DNA of 64,000 bases from Guillardia theta CCMP2712. Lineage: Eukaryota > Protista > Cryptophyta. Position numbers and translations under genes: made by a program. Shown in pieces: positions 37,421 through 49,836 of this stretch (positions are counted from its first letter, which is position 1; every line of letters begins with the position of its first letter). The stretch covers positions 280,632-344,631 of the forward strand of contig NW_005434617.1 in NCBI RefSeq assembly GCF_000315625.1. Direction: 5' to 3'. The notes beneath the pieces are model-generated. The model did no database searches, was not told where the DNA came from, and worked only from the letters and a program-made list of their open reading frames with translations.

Positions 37421-40245
37421 ATGCATTTGATTCGCAAGGCTGCATTGCTTTCAGGTATCAGACACGTTGTCGTCTTCAATCGTGCTGTCCTACTACAACC
37501 ATCTAGAAAGCGAGTTGGCGTACAGGGGAACGCTGCTAGATATCTCCATCAGTCACGATGGGCCTGTTTCTCAGCCACGGGCGATCATGATGATGTTCGG
37601 AAGGTGGAGATTGGAGATGTTCAGATGAATGTCGGGGTTCCTATCAACCCCCACCTTGTCCCTGTCAACTTTGGGAAAGCAGAGGAGGAGGACGAAGAGA
37701 CGCTACATCATCTCCGATGGATGCTGCAGAAGTTTCAGCTCGGACAGGTAGGTGTTCCCTCCCACAGCTCCTTACCTGACGGCTGTTGTCCAGGACATGT
37801 TCCTCATCGGAGGCCCGGGGCCCCGGCGACGCCGCCTAGCCCTTCACTTCTGCGAGGTAGTGGGGATGGAAGCAGAGTTCTTGAGGATCACAAGGGACAC
37901 GACGGAATCAGATCTCAAGACCCGCCGGGAGATCTCAGGAGGGACAGCGAGCTGGCACGATCAAGCTCCAGTTCGGGCAGCGATCCATGGCCGCGTGCTG
38001 ATCCTCGACGGCATTGAACGAGCAGAGAGGAATGTCCTGCCAACCCTCAACAACCTGCTGGAGAACCGAGAGATGAGCCTGGACGACGGCAGGTTCTTGA
38101 TGCGAGCTGCACGCTACGACGCCTTGAAGGAGGAGGGGGCTGACCTGGCGGGGTCGAAGATGATTCGAGTCCACCCAAGATTCTGCGTGATAGCCCTGGG
38201 GCTTCCCATCCCCAGATACCGTGGGTACCCGCTGGATCCTCCCCTCCGCAGCCGCTTCCAGGCACGAGCGATCGACCCGTTCTCGGTGGAGGGAGTAGTG
38301 GAAGGAGTGGAGCTGCGGGGGGCGGGGGATGCGGCGGTGATGCAGAAGCGGGTCAATGCTCTGCTGTCATTTGCGCAGACCGTCAATCTCCTCCGGGCCG
38401 AGGACGCGGACGTGACGCAACTTGAGCTCAACGAGGCCTCGCTGAGCGCCATCGTGAAGCACATGGTGAAGTTTCAGGGGAGCGACGTGGGCAATGTCGT
38501 GAGGAGGTACCTGCCCTACATTTTGGCGCGGACGACGGCGGGGAGGAGGAGCGGGAAGTCGGAGGAGGAGGGAGAGATGGAGCCGAGCAAGTACAGGATC
38601 AGCAAACTGCTCAAGGAGTTCAAACTGTCGGGGGAGGCGGCGGGGACGTCGACGTTTGGATCCTATGTGGTGAAAGGGATTGCTCCGTGTGCTGAGGACA
38701 AGATTATTGTCTCTTTTGCCAACACGCAGGCAGGCAAGAACGAGGTGGTCGAGATAGAGACATGGGGAGCCCCACACTGTAGTCCCTCTTCTCTCTCCTC
38801 CTCCTCCTCCTCCTCCTCCTCCCAGCCTCTGTTGAGCGAGAAGAAAGTTTTCATCGAGACGGAGGCGACCAGGAGGATCTTTGCGGACGTCTTGCAGGAC
38901 TTGGCGCTGGGAGCGAATCCTTGCGTCGTCGGAGAGAAGGGGACGGGGAAGAGCGCGCTTGTTCTGCGGGTCAGCAACGCCATGGGCTACGGGGACAGGA
39001 GGAAGATCATTCACCTGTACAAGGACATGAGCGCTCGAGACCTCCTTGTTCGCAGAAGCACCAACTCCAAGGGCGACACGAGCTGGGAGCTGGCTCCCCT
39101 CCTGCAGGCGGCCCAGCAGGGGGAGATGGCGATCCTCGACGGGGTCCACCGGATACCTCCTGAGACGCTAGCGGTGCTGGAGCCCCTGATGCAGGACCGG
39201 ATGATCTCCCTGCCCAACGGCTGGCAGCTGCTGAGGAGCGACCGATGGGAGGCGATCATGGAGGAGCAGGGGCTGGGTGAGGACGAGATGCATGCCCTTG
39301 GCCTCCTTCGCGTTCATCCCTCCTTCCGTGTCGTTGCCATCGCGGCCCCCCCGTCAGCCGAGCACGACTGGCTCACGACGGAGAACGCGTCCATGTTCTC
39401 CTTCCACCGTCTGGAGCCGCTGGAGGAGGAGGTGAACGAAGCGGTTTTGCGTGAGATGTTCCCCGATGCTGCTCCCGAGCTCGTTCACGCAGCCGCTGCC
39501 ATGGCGAGGGAGTTTGAAAAGCTCAAGGGGGAGCCTGTGCTCGAGGGCAGCTCCATCTCTCTCTCCCTCCGCCAGCTCATTCGCATCGTCCGCCGCTCGA
39601 GCTCGTACCCTCAAGACTTCGTTCCTGCGCTGGAGAGGAGCATGATGATGCCGTTTCTCCCGCACTCAATCCAAGAGTCTGTCCTGCGCGTTATCTCCAA
39701 GGTCACTTCCTCCGTCCCGCTCCTGAGCCCGCAGAGCTCGGGAGGAGGAGGAGGAGGAGACTTCGAGCTGCAGGTGGGTGAGGAGAGGGTGAAGATCGGC
39801 GAGGTGGAGATGGAGCGAGGAGAGCCGAGGACTAGGTCGCTGGTGCCGGACGTTGTCTTCCACGACATCCCCCAGCACAGGAGGATCCTGCAGGACCTGA
39901 TGAAGGATCTGATCAGCGGGGAGAAGCACATCCTGCTCATCGGGAACCAGGGGTGGGGAAGAACAAGATCGTGGACAGGCTGCTGGGTCTACTTCGGCTT
40001 GAGGTGTGGAGGAAGGAGGAGGGGGAGAGGAATGGGACAGGAAGAGGGGGAGGAAGAGGACGAGGACGAGAGCTGGAAGGAAAGGTGTAAGGTGCCAGGT
40101 GAAAGAGTGCGAGGAAGGGAGAAACAAGATAGAGGTGGCTGATGAACGGGAGAGGAAGAGGGGGATATGAATGAGATGCTGAGCGAGCAGAGTAGAGAAG
40201 GACGTAACGGGGGTAGGAAGAGTGGGTGGAGCGGGAGCGGGAGCG

Positions 40246-40278
<33 letters not shown>

Positions 40279-43200
40279 CATGGGACAGAGAGAGGAGGAG
40301 GAGACGCTGACAGTGGGAGCAGAGGGAGTACATCCAACTACATCGAGACACGACAGTCCAGTCGCTGACTGTCTCCATCTCGCTGGAGGGAGGGATCATC
40401 ACTCACGGAGACGCTCCCCTTGTCCGGGCATGCAGGTCAGCTGAGGCGCTACTGGACACATTGATAGGCTATTGCTCCTCCTCTTTGTTGTGCTGCTCAT
40501 GCTGCATCTTCCTCACTGTCATCGTCCTGTTGATGTTGCGATGGATAGCTTTTGTTTGGATTCTTCATCATCATCATCAACAACAACATCAATCATCATC
40601 ATCAATCATCACCAATCAACATCACCATCATCATAACAATCATCACAACCAACAACAACATCATCAACAACTTCAACTTCAACAACTCACATCTTGCCCC
40701 CCCCCCCGCAGGGAAGGTCGCGTCATCATGATCGACGAGGCCGACAAGGCTCCCCTCGAAGTCGTCTGCATCCTCAAGGGTCTCCTGGAGGACGGCAGCA
40801 TGATCCTCAGTGACGGGAGGAGGCTGGAGCGCAACGGGGGGAGGGAGCGGGAGGGGAATGGGGGAGGAGCGGGAGGGGTTGTCATACCCATCCATCCCAA
40901 CTTTCGCGCCATCGTCCTCGCTAACAGGCCAGGCTTTCCTTTCCTAGGCAACGATTTCTTTCATGAGTGCGGGGATATCTTCTCCTGCCACGTGAGGCCG
41001 CTCCCGCCTCCCCGCTCCTGCTCTTTGAATGCTGTCTCCTCCTGCTCCTCTACCTCTACCTCTACCTCTACCTCTACCTCTACCTCTACCTCTTCCTCCT
41101 CCTCCTCCTCCTCCTCCTCCTCCTCCTCCTCCTTTGCATTCCCTCCACAACTTCCTTTCCCCCTCTCCTCATCTCCCTCGTCTTCTCTCCGTCTCTCCTC
41201 CTCTCCCTTCCTCACTCTCCTTACCCAGGTGATCGACAACCCGGACCGAGACTCCGAGCTTGCTCTGCTCCGACACTACGGGCCTGACGTCGACGAGGTT
41301 CTCCTCCGCAAGCTCGTCTCCATCTTCAGCGATCTCAGGCGCGCCATCGAGGAGGGCAAGCTCTCCTACCCCTACAGCACCCGCGAACTTGTTAACCTCG
41401 TCGTCCACCTCCAGCGCTACCCCGATGACCCTGTCAACTCCGTGCTTGACAACGTGCTCTCGTTTGACAAGCATGACAAGCTGGCCCTCCTCGCCGTCAA
41501 GAGGATCATCGAGAGCCATGGCATACCCGTCAGTGCAGCTGGGGACAAGGCGGTTAGGCTCGGGGAGGAGCGGCCGCTTCCAGAGCTCCGGCCGCTAGCG
41601 AGTTGGCATGCAGAGGGGAAGGCGATCAGCAGCAGCGTGCGAGCCAAGTCGATGGACTTGCATGACTTCTCTGTAGTCAGGGATCAGCTCTCCTCCTCCA
41701 CCACCACAGCCCACGAGCGGCTCACTAGCTTCTCGGAGAGGCTTTGGACCTGGTCCCTTCCCTCCAAGGCCGGCAGCGCGTTTGCTGTCTGCTCCTCCTC
41801 CGATGGGGCCGTCCATGTGCTCTGCGCGCCGCTGGTGATCTACACATTCCTTCCTCCTGACTTCGTCTCCTTCTACCGCTTCGACCTCTCCGACTTCATC
41901 AGCCTCCTCAGCTCGCTCGGCTCCAGCATGCGCATGTATCCCCTCCCTGCCCTCGGGTCTGTGGCCCTTCTGAACCTCCGCGGTGACCTCGTCCTCCTCC
42001 TCGACCACAAGACTCCCAAGGTGATGGTTTGCAAGATCCCCAAGGTCAAGGGTCCCTCCTCCTCGTCCTCCTCCTCGGAGCAGGAAGACCAGGTGAGCTG
42101 GTCCAACTTCTTTGAGGGCAAGAGGGGGGGCGACGGGAAGCAGAGCAAGACGGTCTGCAAGGTGGTACCTGGGGGACACTCGCTCCTCCTATACACGGTT
42201 GGCAGCGACTCGTTCCTCGTCCTCGACTTCCAGGAAAGGACGAGCTTCTCAGTCCAGCTGCCCTCGGGTATGAGGATCAATGAGCTGTTCCCCATGCAGA
42301 GCAGCCACTGGATCCTGCGGGACGACAATGGGAACGTCTTGTACGGTGATCTCAGCGGCCTGACGGGCAAGGAGCGGCAGGGCGAGCTGCTGTGGATGCC
42401 GATCGTGGAAGAGGCGGAAGGGGAGAAGGAAGTTCAGACCAGCGGGGTAGCAAAATCCATCAGGTCCGCTGAGTCGTGCCAGAGGAAGGTGGGGGAGGAG
42501 GAGCAGAACAGGCTCGTGCTCGCATGCGACAGGTCCTTTGCGACGATCTCGGATCGCCCGCTCTCCTCCGTCGACTTCCACACTCCCTCCTTGGGGTTCA
42601 TCGGGGTTGGTGGCGACCACAGCATGCAGCTGCTGTCCTCTCCTCGTGAGGACGGCTCGCAGCCGCAGCAGGAGCTGGGCCCGCTGGTGATCCTCAGCAA
42701 CGGCAACATCGTGTCCTACAGGGAGGACCCCAAGGTCGGGGCGCACCTGGAGGTGGTGGATGCGTTCAGGAGAAGGGTAAAGACAATTCGTCTGCAGCCC
42801 AGCTCGCAGGAGGAGGAAGGGAAGGAGAGGAGGAAGGAGGTGGTGGAGCTAATATCGAGGATGGAGGGGGAGGGAGACCTTGTGACGGTGGGAACAGTGA
42901 CGGAGGGACGAAGGTCGGAGCAGCGGGTTACCATCTGGAAGGTCTCTGCAGAGGAGCTGCAGCTCGAGCTGGCGCAGTGGCGCAAGCTGATGGGGCTGGG
43001 CAGAAGAGGAGAGGGGGAGGGAGGAGGAAAGATCCGGCTCACCAGGAACTGGGACAAAAAGCAGCAGGCGTCGGGCCCCAAGCACGGGAAGGCGCCGGAC
43101 GGGAAGAGACATGCGGGGGGTAACACCTGGGCAGGAGGGACAGGAGGGCGGGATACGGCTGGCCTGGGAGGGAAGGGAGGACCGTACCGGCTGGACCTCG

Positions 43201-45218
43201 ACGACGGGAACGAAATCATGCAGATCTCGGACGAGGAGAAGCAGAACATCAGCGAGGAGGCGAAGGAGGCGGCGAGGAAGATGGGGCAGGAGGAGCTGCA
43301 GAAGACGCTGAAGCAGATCGGGATGAGCGAATTCGAATCGGCAGCCTACGACAAGTTCCTCCAGCCGGTGGAGCATGACATCCGCCACATGCGCCTCCTC
43401 CTCGAGCGCGTGGAGGCTCGTCAGAAGGAGCGGGAGTGGCTGAAGCTGCAGCCCTTTGGCGAGCTCGACGACTCCCGGCTCATCGACGGAGTGGTAGGGG
43501 AGAGGCTGGTTTACCGGAGGAGGGGGGACAAGGCCCCCGAGCCCGGCTCCCCCCAGAAGCTCCCGAAGCGCTTCATGTTCGTGCTCGACGTAAGCGCGAG
43601 CATGTACAGGTTCAACTCCTGGGACCGCCGGCTCGAGCGCTGCTGCCAGATGGTGACGATGCTGATGGAGGCCCTGCACGGCTTCCAGCACAAGATCAGC
43701 TGGAGTGTAGTCGGTCACTCGGGGGACGGGCCCGACCACCGGCTGATCGAGTTTGACGAGCCTCCCACGGACAAGGCGCAACGGCTGAGGATCGTCCAGA
43801 CCATGTGGGCCCACGCGCAGTACTGCTACACGGGGGATCACACGCTTGCAGCGACTCAGATGGCAATGGAGGAGGTGAAGGAGCAGGGGAGGGGGGTGGG
43901 GGGGAGGGGCTGGAGGGGCAACGAAAGAGATAGAGAAAGCCAAGGTGGAAGGGGAGGAGGAGAAGGAGGAGGAAGAGGAGGAGGAGCATTTGGAGGTCAT
44001 GGTGGTGCAGGAGGAGGAGGAGGAGAAGGAGGAGGAAGAGGAGGAGGAGGAGGAGGAGGAGGAGGAGGAGGAGGAAGATCATGTTTTCGTGACTTGGTTC
44101 GNNNNNNNNNNNNNNNNNNNNNNNNNNNNNNNNNNNNNNNNNNNNNNNNNNNNNNNNNNNNNNNNNNNNNNNNNNNNNNNNNNNNNNNNNNNNNNNNNNN
44201 NNNNNNNNNNNNNNNNNNNNNNNNNNNNNNNNNNNNNNNNNNNNNNNNNNNNNNNNNNNNNNNNNNNNNNNNNNNNNNNNNNNNNNNNNNNNNNNNNNNN
44301 NNNNNNNNNNNNNNNNNNNNNNNNNNNNNNNNNNNNNNNNNNNNNNNNNNNNNNNNNNNNNNNNNNNNNNNNNNNNNNNNNNNNNNNNNNNNNNNNNNNN
44401 NNNNNNNNNNNNNNNNNNNNNNNNNNNNNNNNNNNNNNNNNNNNNNNNNNNNNNNNNNNNNNNNNNNNNNNNNNNNNNNNNNNNNNNNNNNNNNNNNNNN
44501 NNNNNNNNNNNNNNNNNNNNNNNNNNNNNNNNNNNNNNNNNNNNNNNNNNNNNNNNNNNNNNNNNNNNNNNNNNNNNNNNNNNNNNNNNNNNNNNNNNNN
44601 NNNNNNNNNNNNNNNNNNNNNNNNNNNNNNNNNNNNNNNNNNNNNNNNNNNNNNNNNNNNNNNNNNNNNNNNNNNNNNNNNNNNNNNNNNNNNNNNNNNN
44701 NNNNNNNNNNNNNNNNNNNNNNNNNNNNNNNNNNNNNNNNNNNNNNNNNNNNNNNNNNNNNNNNNNNNNNNNNNNNNNNNNNNNNNNNNNNNNNNNNNNN
44801 NNNNNNNNNNNNNNNNNNNNNNNNNNNNNNNNNNNNNNNNNNNNNNNNNNNNNNNNNNNNNNNNNNNNNNNNNNNNNNNNNNNNNNNNNNNNNNNNNNNN
44901 NNNNNNNNNNNNNNNNNNNNNNNNNNGTGCCTTCGGTCCACGTCCTCCACGTCCCCCTCCCTCCTCCTCCTCCTCCTCCTCCTCCTCCTCCTCCTCCTCC
45001 TCCTCCTCCTTCTCCTCAGGTGGGGATGAAGCTCTTCGCATTGCCGAGGCGCTTCCTTTCGGACGAGGTCACGTGTGTACAGACACAGCAGAGCTCCCAG
45101 GTATCCTCGCTCGTCGCGTCCTCGTCCTCTCCACTGACCGTCACCCGGCATCGTTCCGCCCCTGCCAGGAGTGCTCAAGGAGATTTTCACCTCCGTCTCT
45201 GTGAAGAAATCTGACTGA
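37421..45218 (+). CDS. VWA8: VWA8 (KIAA0564) AAA+ ATPase with C-terminal vWA domain, multi-exon; apparent 1-nt frameshift at ~39951 and an N gap
   Basis: LRWMLQKFQLGQDMFLIG, TRDTTESDLK, LDGIERAERNVLPTLNNLLENREM, GEKGTGKS, DEADKAP, YPYSTRE, GGNTWAGGTGGRDTAGLGGKGGPYRLD, DVSASMYRFN; Arg-rich N-terminus compatible with mitochondrial targeting. Confidence 0.93.
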
Positions 45219-45299
45219 GGGTACTGTCAAGAGTACGTTAGCTATCGAGGACTGAGTTGAGGTCGAACTTGAAACGAATCATGGCGTTTGGAGGAGCCG

Positions 45300-45510
45300 A
45301 ATCACACGGTAAAACCCGAGCGGTCGGCGATCCCCTAGTCGGACTTCGTTGCGCCTGAGCCGCCAGCCGATCGGACTGTACTGAGTCCGGGGAGTCACTA
45401 GCGCTCAGTCACTAGTAGGTCTGAGTCTCCCTCAGCCGCAGCGCCGGGCCGCCGCAGCGCCGGGCCGCTGTCCGGCCCGGCGGGAAGTAGTAGGTGAGCA
45501 CGGTAACTGA
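45300..45510. other. GC-rich intergenic island 5, upstream of RWP-RK copy 1
   Basis: ACTGAGTCCGG, GAGTCACT, CTCAGTCACT and a 16-nt tandem duplication CCGCAGCGCCGGGCCG. Confidence 0.7.
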
Positions 45511-45529
45511 CTCCCATGCTACGCCGCTT

Positions 45530-45775
45530 GCTTCGGGGCAAGCGGGTTAAAATTTGCATATGCTAGGTATGCAAATGTGTAGTAAAGCCACAACTTGATA
45601 TAGGGCTGACCTACCCTTGATCTAGAAAAACCCTAAAACCTTTATTGACTGAAAAAGAAACGCAAACCGGAGCAAACATTTAAACAAAGGAGGAGGAGGA
45701 TAAAGCCTACAAAACCTACCCGAATTGTTTAGCTGAAAATCTTTTCCCTTCTCCAAATTTTAATTGCCCCGCAGC
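45530..45775. mobile_element. Possible MITE-like element with imperfect terminal inverted repeats
   Basis: Left end GCTTCGGGGCAA[GCGGG]TTAAAATTTG; right end CAAATTTTAATTGCCCCGCAGC; AT-rich interior; no clear target duplication. Confidence 0.35.
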
Positions 45776-45999
45776 TTCGCTCGGAGGCTCGAGACTGCAA
45801 CATGATACCACCCACCCACCCCATCAGTTCCCACTGGTCACTGCGGATAAAAGATCAAGGGGGGCGGGGGGGGGTTAGTACGGTGGGGGGTGGGGGTATG
45901 ATCAATGTATCACAGGGAAGGCAGCAGGGCAGGGATAAGGAGGGGTGGTTAGGCGCAGAATTTGCGAACTCTTCATTGCCTAGCACATCAGCCCTCCCC

Positions 46000-46473
46000 A
46001 TGGCCTCCCCGCCCCCATCCCGCTGTCCCTCTCCTCCTCAGCCCAGCACCAAGGTCTTCCTCTTCCCCCGAAGCAAGTCTGGCCGCAAGCTCCTCCCTCA
46101 CAAGGGAAGGAGACCCCAGGCCTTCGACCTCCCTGCCCTCCAGAGTCACTTCCACCTCCCCCTCCTCCAGGCCAGCGCCGCCCTTGGCATCTCCGTCACG
46201 GCCCTCAAGAAGCTCAGCCGCAGGCTGGGCATCCAGCGGTGGCCGTATGAGAGGAGGGACAAGCCTCGACGTAGTCCCTCGAGTAGGCGAGGCAGGAAAC
46301 AGCAGCGCTCCTCCCCTTCTGTCGCTCGAGGAGGCAGGAGTGCCGCTGTCGAGGGAAGAGGAGCCGGAGGAGGAGGAAGAGAGGTTGGCTGGGAGCCCAT
46401 CAGCCGGGCATGGATCGAGTGGTACCTAGGCTGCGAGGACGGCATCGAGGAGAGGAATATCACAGGAGTGTAA
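46000..46473 (+). CDS. RWP-RK domain transcription factor, copy 1 (157 aa)
   Basis: LQSHFHLPLLQASAALGISVTALKKLSRRLGIQRWPY; ATG position conserved in all three copies. Confidence 0.85.
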   Translation: MASPPPSRCPSPPQPSTKVFLFPRSKSGRKLLPHKGRRPQAFDLPALQSHFHLPLLQASAALGISVTALKKLSRRLGIQRWPYERRDKPRRSPSSRRGRKQQRSSPSVARGGRSAAVEGRGAGGGGREVGWEPISRAWIEWYLGCEDGIEERNITGV

Positions 46474-47004
46474 TGTGAGGGGGGATGGCAGAGGAGTCTT
46501 TAGATGGTCACATAGGGAATACTTCAGTGTGTCTGCTATCCTGATCGTACCCTGACGTGTTTTGAGGAGTTATAATGAAATGCAAACGTAATCCTTCATC
46601 TATTTTTCTTCAGCACATTGACATGTACATACACTGATTGCACGCGGCCGCGCAGGCGCGCAAGTAGGTAAGGGAGAGATGTGAGGCCGGTGTGTGGGAA
46701 GCCGCCTGAGAGGAGGAGGAGGAGGGTTGGGATCCGAGAGCAGCCTTCAGAAGTCAGCCGGTCAACGGCTGTTCTGACTCCGATGCCATCCGATTCTTCC
46801 GAGGCTCCGAGGGACCGCCGGCAACAAGATCTCAAGGACAAGCGCACTGACAACGTTCAGTGTGAAAGTTGCACTGCCAACGGTTGGCGTGACTGCAGGC
46901 GGGAGAGGAGAGTACTAGGGAAGGAAGAGGCATGCCACGTAGAAGAAGCAATGATGCGCGAATCATGGAGTATGGGACAGCACTGTCTTTACTCAAAGTT
47001 AAGC

Positions 47005-47520
47005 CCTGTCAGTCGGACGGTCGGGACAGTCCGGCGCCCCGTACGGTCACTGTCATACCGTACGAGTCACTGAGTGGTGGCCGGTCCCGTGCCCTACCTT
47101 ACGGTACGGTAGTTCAACTCCGAGTGTTGCCAGGCTGAGCCGGGCAGCGAACTGAGTTGAACTTGGACCGGCCGCCCGATCGGACTCCGGCGCCGCGGTT
47201 ACGGGTGGGCCCGCCGGCCGGGCGCCGGGGCGCCGCGGGCTCCACCGGGCCCGGGGTGTAGTCGTCTACTGAAGGTTAAGTTAAAAAGCAGTACGAGGAC
47301 CGACAATCAGGAGTCACCATTTACTCAAAGTGAAGTTAAAATCAGTACGAGGACAATCAGGAGAGTCGAGGAGGCTTGACCCTGACAGGAGAGTCTTCTT
47401 TACTCAAAGTTAAGTTAAAAATCAGTACGAGTCATGTCCGATCCGATCTCCTCGAATCCCGGCCGTGTGGGACTCAGTGACTCGTGATCGGAGTCCGGGA
47501 ATCGGCGTAGCCCCGGTACT
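47005..47520. other. GC-rich island 6 plus locally reiterated TTTACTCAAAGTTAAGTTAAA..CAGTACGAG unit, upstream of RWP-RK copy 2
   Basis: Collinear but indel-riddled paralogue of 49170-49720. Confidence 0.8.
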
Positions 47521-47701
47521 AGGACCTCTAAGGCGGATCAGAAGAGCAAATGGGGGGTAGGGGTGGATCAAAGCGCATACTAGCCTCAATAGCTCTTTTA
47601 AAAGGTTAACTTGACTACCCCTACTCTGCCCTACCGCCTCCCTGTAGACTGATACGTGCTTGCGACACCTTCCCCCTTGCCCAGCTCACCAGCCCTCCCC
47701 C

Positions 47702-48175
47702 ATGGCCTCCCCGCCCCCATCCCGCTGTCCCCCTCCTCCTCAGCCCAGCACCAAGGTCTTCCTCTTCCCCCGAAGCAAGTCTGGCCGCAAGCTCCTCCCT
47801 CACAAGGGAAGGAGACCCCAGGCCTTCGACCTCCCTGCCCTCCAGAGTCACTTCCACCTCCCCCTCCTCCAGGCCAGCGCCGCCCTTGGCATCTCCGTCA
47901 CGGCCCTCAAGAAGCTCAGCCGCAGGCTGGGCATCCAGCGGTGGCCGTATGAGAGGAGGGACAAGCCTCGACGTAGTCCCTCGAGTAGGCGAGGCAGGAA
48001 ACAGCAGCGCTCCTCCCCTTCTGTCGCTCGAGGAGGCAGGAGTGCCGCTGTCGAGGGAAGAGAAGCCGGAGGAGGAGGAAGAGAGGTTGGCTGGGAGCCC
48101 ATCAGCCGGGCATGGATCGAGTGGTACCTGGGCTGCGAGGACGGCATCGAGGAGAGGAATATCACAGGAGTGTAA
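47702..48175 (+). CDS. RWP-RK domain transcription factor, copy 2 (157 aa)
   Basis: Differs from copy 1 by only a few substitutions. Confidence 0.85.
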   Translation: MASPPPSRCPPPPQPSTKVFLFPRSKSGRKLLPHKGRRPQAFDLPALQSHFHLPLLQASAALGISVTALKKLSRRLGIQRWPYERRDKPRRSPSSRRGRKQQRSSPSVARGGRSAAVEGREAGGGGREVGWEPISRAWIEWYLGCEDGIEERNITGV

Positions 48176-49169
48176 TGTGAGGGGGGGTGGCAGATGAGGA
48201 GTCTTTAGATGGTCACATAGGGAATACTTCAGTGTGTCTGCTATCCTGATCGTACCCTGACGTGTTTTGATTAGTTATAATGAAATGCAAACGTAATCCT
48301 TCATCTGTTTTTCTGCAGCTATCAGAGCTCATAGGATAGCGAGCCCAACACAGGAGTGGTCAACACTCGAAATGTGGACAGCACACAAGGATAGCCTCTA
48401 CAACTATCCAGACGAAAGACAGTGATTCTCTAACGGCTACTTTGGTTCAGAAGTCGGACCCCTCCGGGACGGCTTCCCTATCAAGCACCGGTGGAGCTCT
48501 CCTTTCTGGTAGAAACAAGAACAGGAGCAGCGCATGGACCAAAGGGGCCATAGCGACGGCACGAGGCAGGAAGACTCGTGCAAGCGAGGACCACTACCCC
48601 TGGGACTTCCACAGGGCTATAAAAGGATCAAGATCTTCATCTCTAGGTGGTCTGTCTTCCCTCCCTCTGTGTACCACGCATTTCCCTGTGTTGGTGTGGT
48701 TGCTGCAATAAAGCTTGATAATACTGTCTAGCACCTTCTGTGTGATCCAGCGGAGGTTCATTGAGCATTCGCTTGGCTTGTGTACAACCCGTAAAGCTTC
48801 GGGGTGTAACAGCAGCACATTGACATGTACATACATTGATTGCATGCGGCCGCGCAGGCGCGCAAGTAGGTAAGGGAGAGATGTGAGGCCGGTGTGTGGG
48901 AAGCCGCCTGAGAGGAGGAGGAGGAGGGTGGGGATCCGAGAGCAGCCTTCAGAAGTCAGCCGGTCAACGGCTGTTCTGACTCCGATGCCATCCGATTCTT
49001 CCGAGGCTCCGGAGGGACCGCCGGCAACAAGATCTCAAGGACAAGCGCACTGACAACGTTCAGTGTGAAAGTTGCACTGCCAACGGTTGACTGCAGGCGG
49101 GAGAGGAGAGTACTAGGGAAGGAAGAGGCATGGTAGAAGAAGCATGAGACGAACTTCCGAATCATGGAG

Positions 49170-49540
49170 TACTACGGTATGAGACACTGTCCGATCAGTC
49201 CGATCCGCCGGAGAGTCCTGGACTGACTCACGGTCCGGCGCCCCGTCGGGCCGCCGCAGTGCTTCGGTGGCAGGCTTCAAGTCACCCGGCGACTCGCCAT
49301 CAGTGCTTCCTCAGGCTCAGGTCTGGGCCGCGGCTGAGCGGAGCCTGGCTAGCCGGATACGAGTGGTGCCCGGCCCGGCCCCGTGCCCTACACGGTACCG
49401 TGCCAGGGTAGCGTTCAACGGTTGCGCCGCAGGAGGCTGAGCCGGGCAGCGAAGTTGACTGAAGGGCCGGGATCGGACTCCGGCGGTGGCTCCACGGTGT
49501 CACAGTGTAGGCCCATGTCTCCTCGGATCCCGGCGACCGG
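49170..49540. other. GC-rich island 7, upstream of RWP-RK copy 3
   Basis: Same vocabulary; paralogous to island 6. Confidence 0.8.
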
Positions 49541-49836
49541 ATGCTTTTTTTTTTAATTGTTATTATTATTATTATTATTATTAGATGCTCAGTATCCAAT
49601 GCTTTACTCAAAGTTAAGTTAAAGATCAGTACGAGGACAATCACGAGAGTCGAGGAGGCTTGATGCTTTTAACAATAATATACGTCGGAATCGGCGTAGC
49701 CTCGGTACTAGGACCTCTAAGGAAGAGCTCTTAAGGTTGACACGGACTACCCCTACTCTGCCCTACCGCCTCCCTGTGTTACTATGTTATCCTAGACTGA
49801 TACCGTTCCCCCTTGCCCAGCTCACCAGCCCTCCCC

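Noticed and set aside
39945-39960. Frameshift in the third Walker A motif of VWA8 (GNQG|VGKNKIVDRLL needs one more G)
   Set aside because: One base missing from a G homopolymer in an otherwise intact conserved gene; most likely a sequencing error rather than recoding or pseudogenisation. Check raw reads or RNA-seq.
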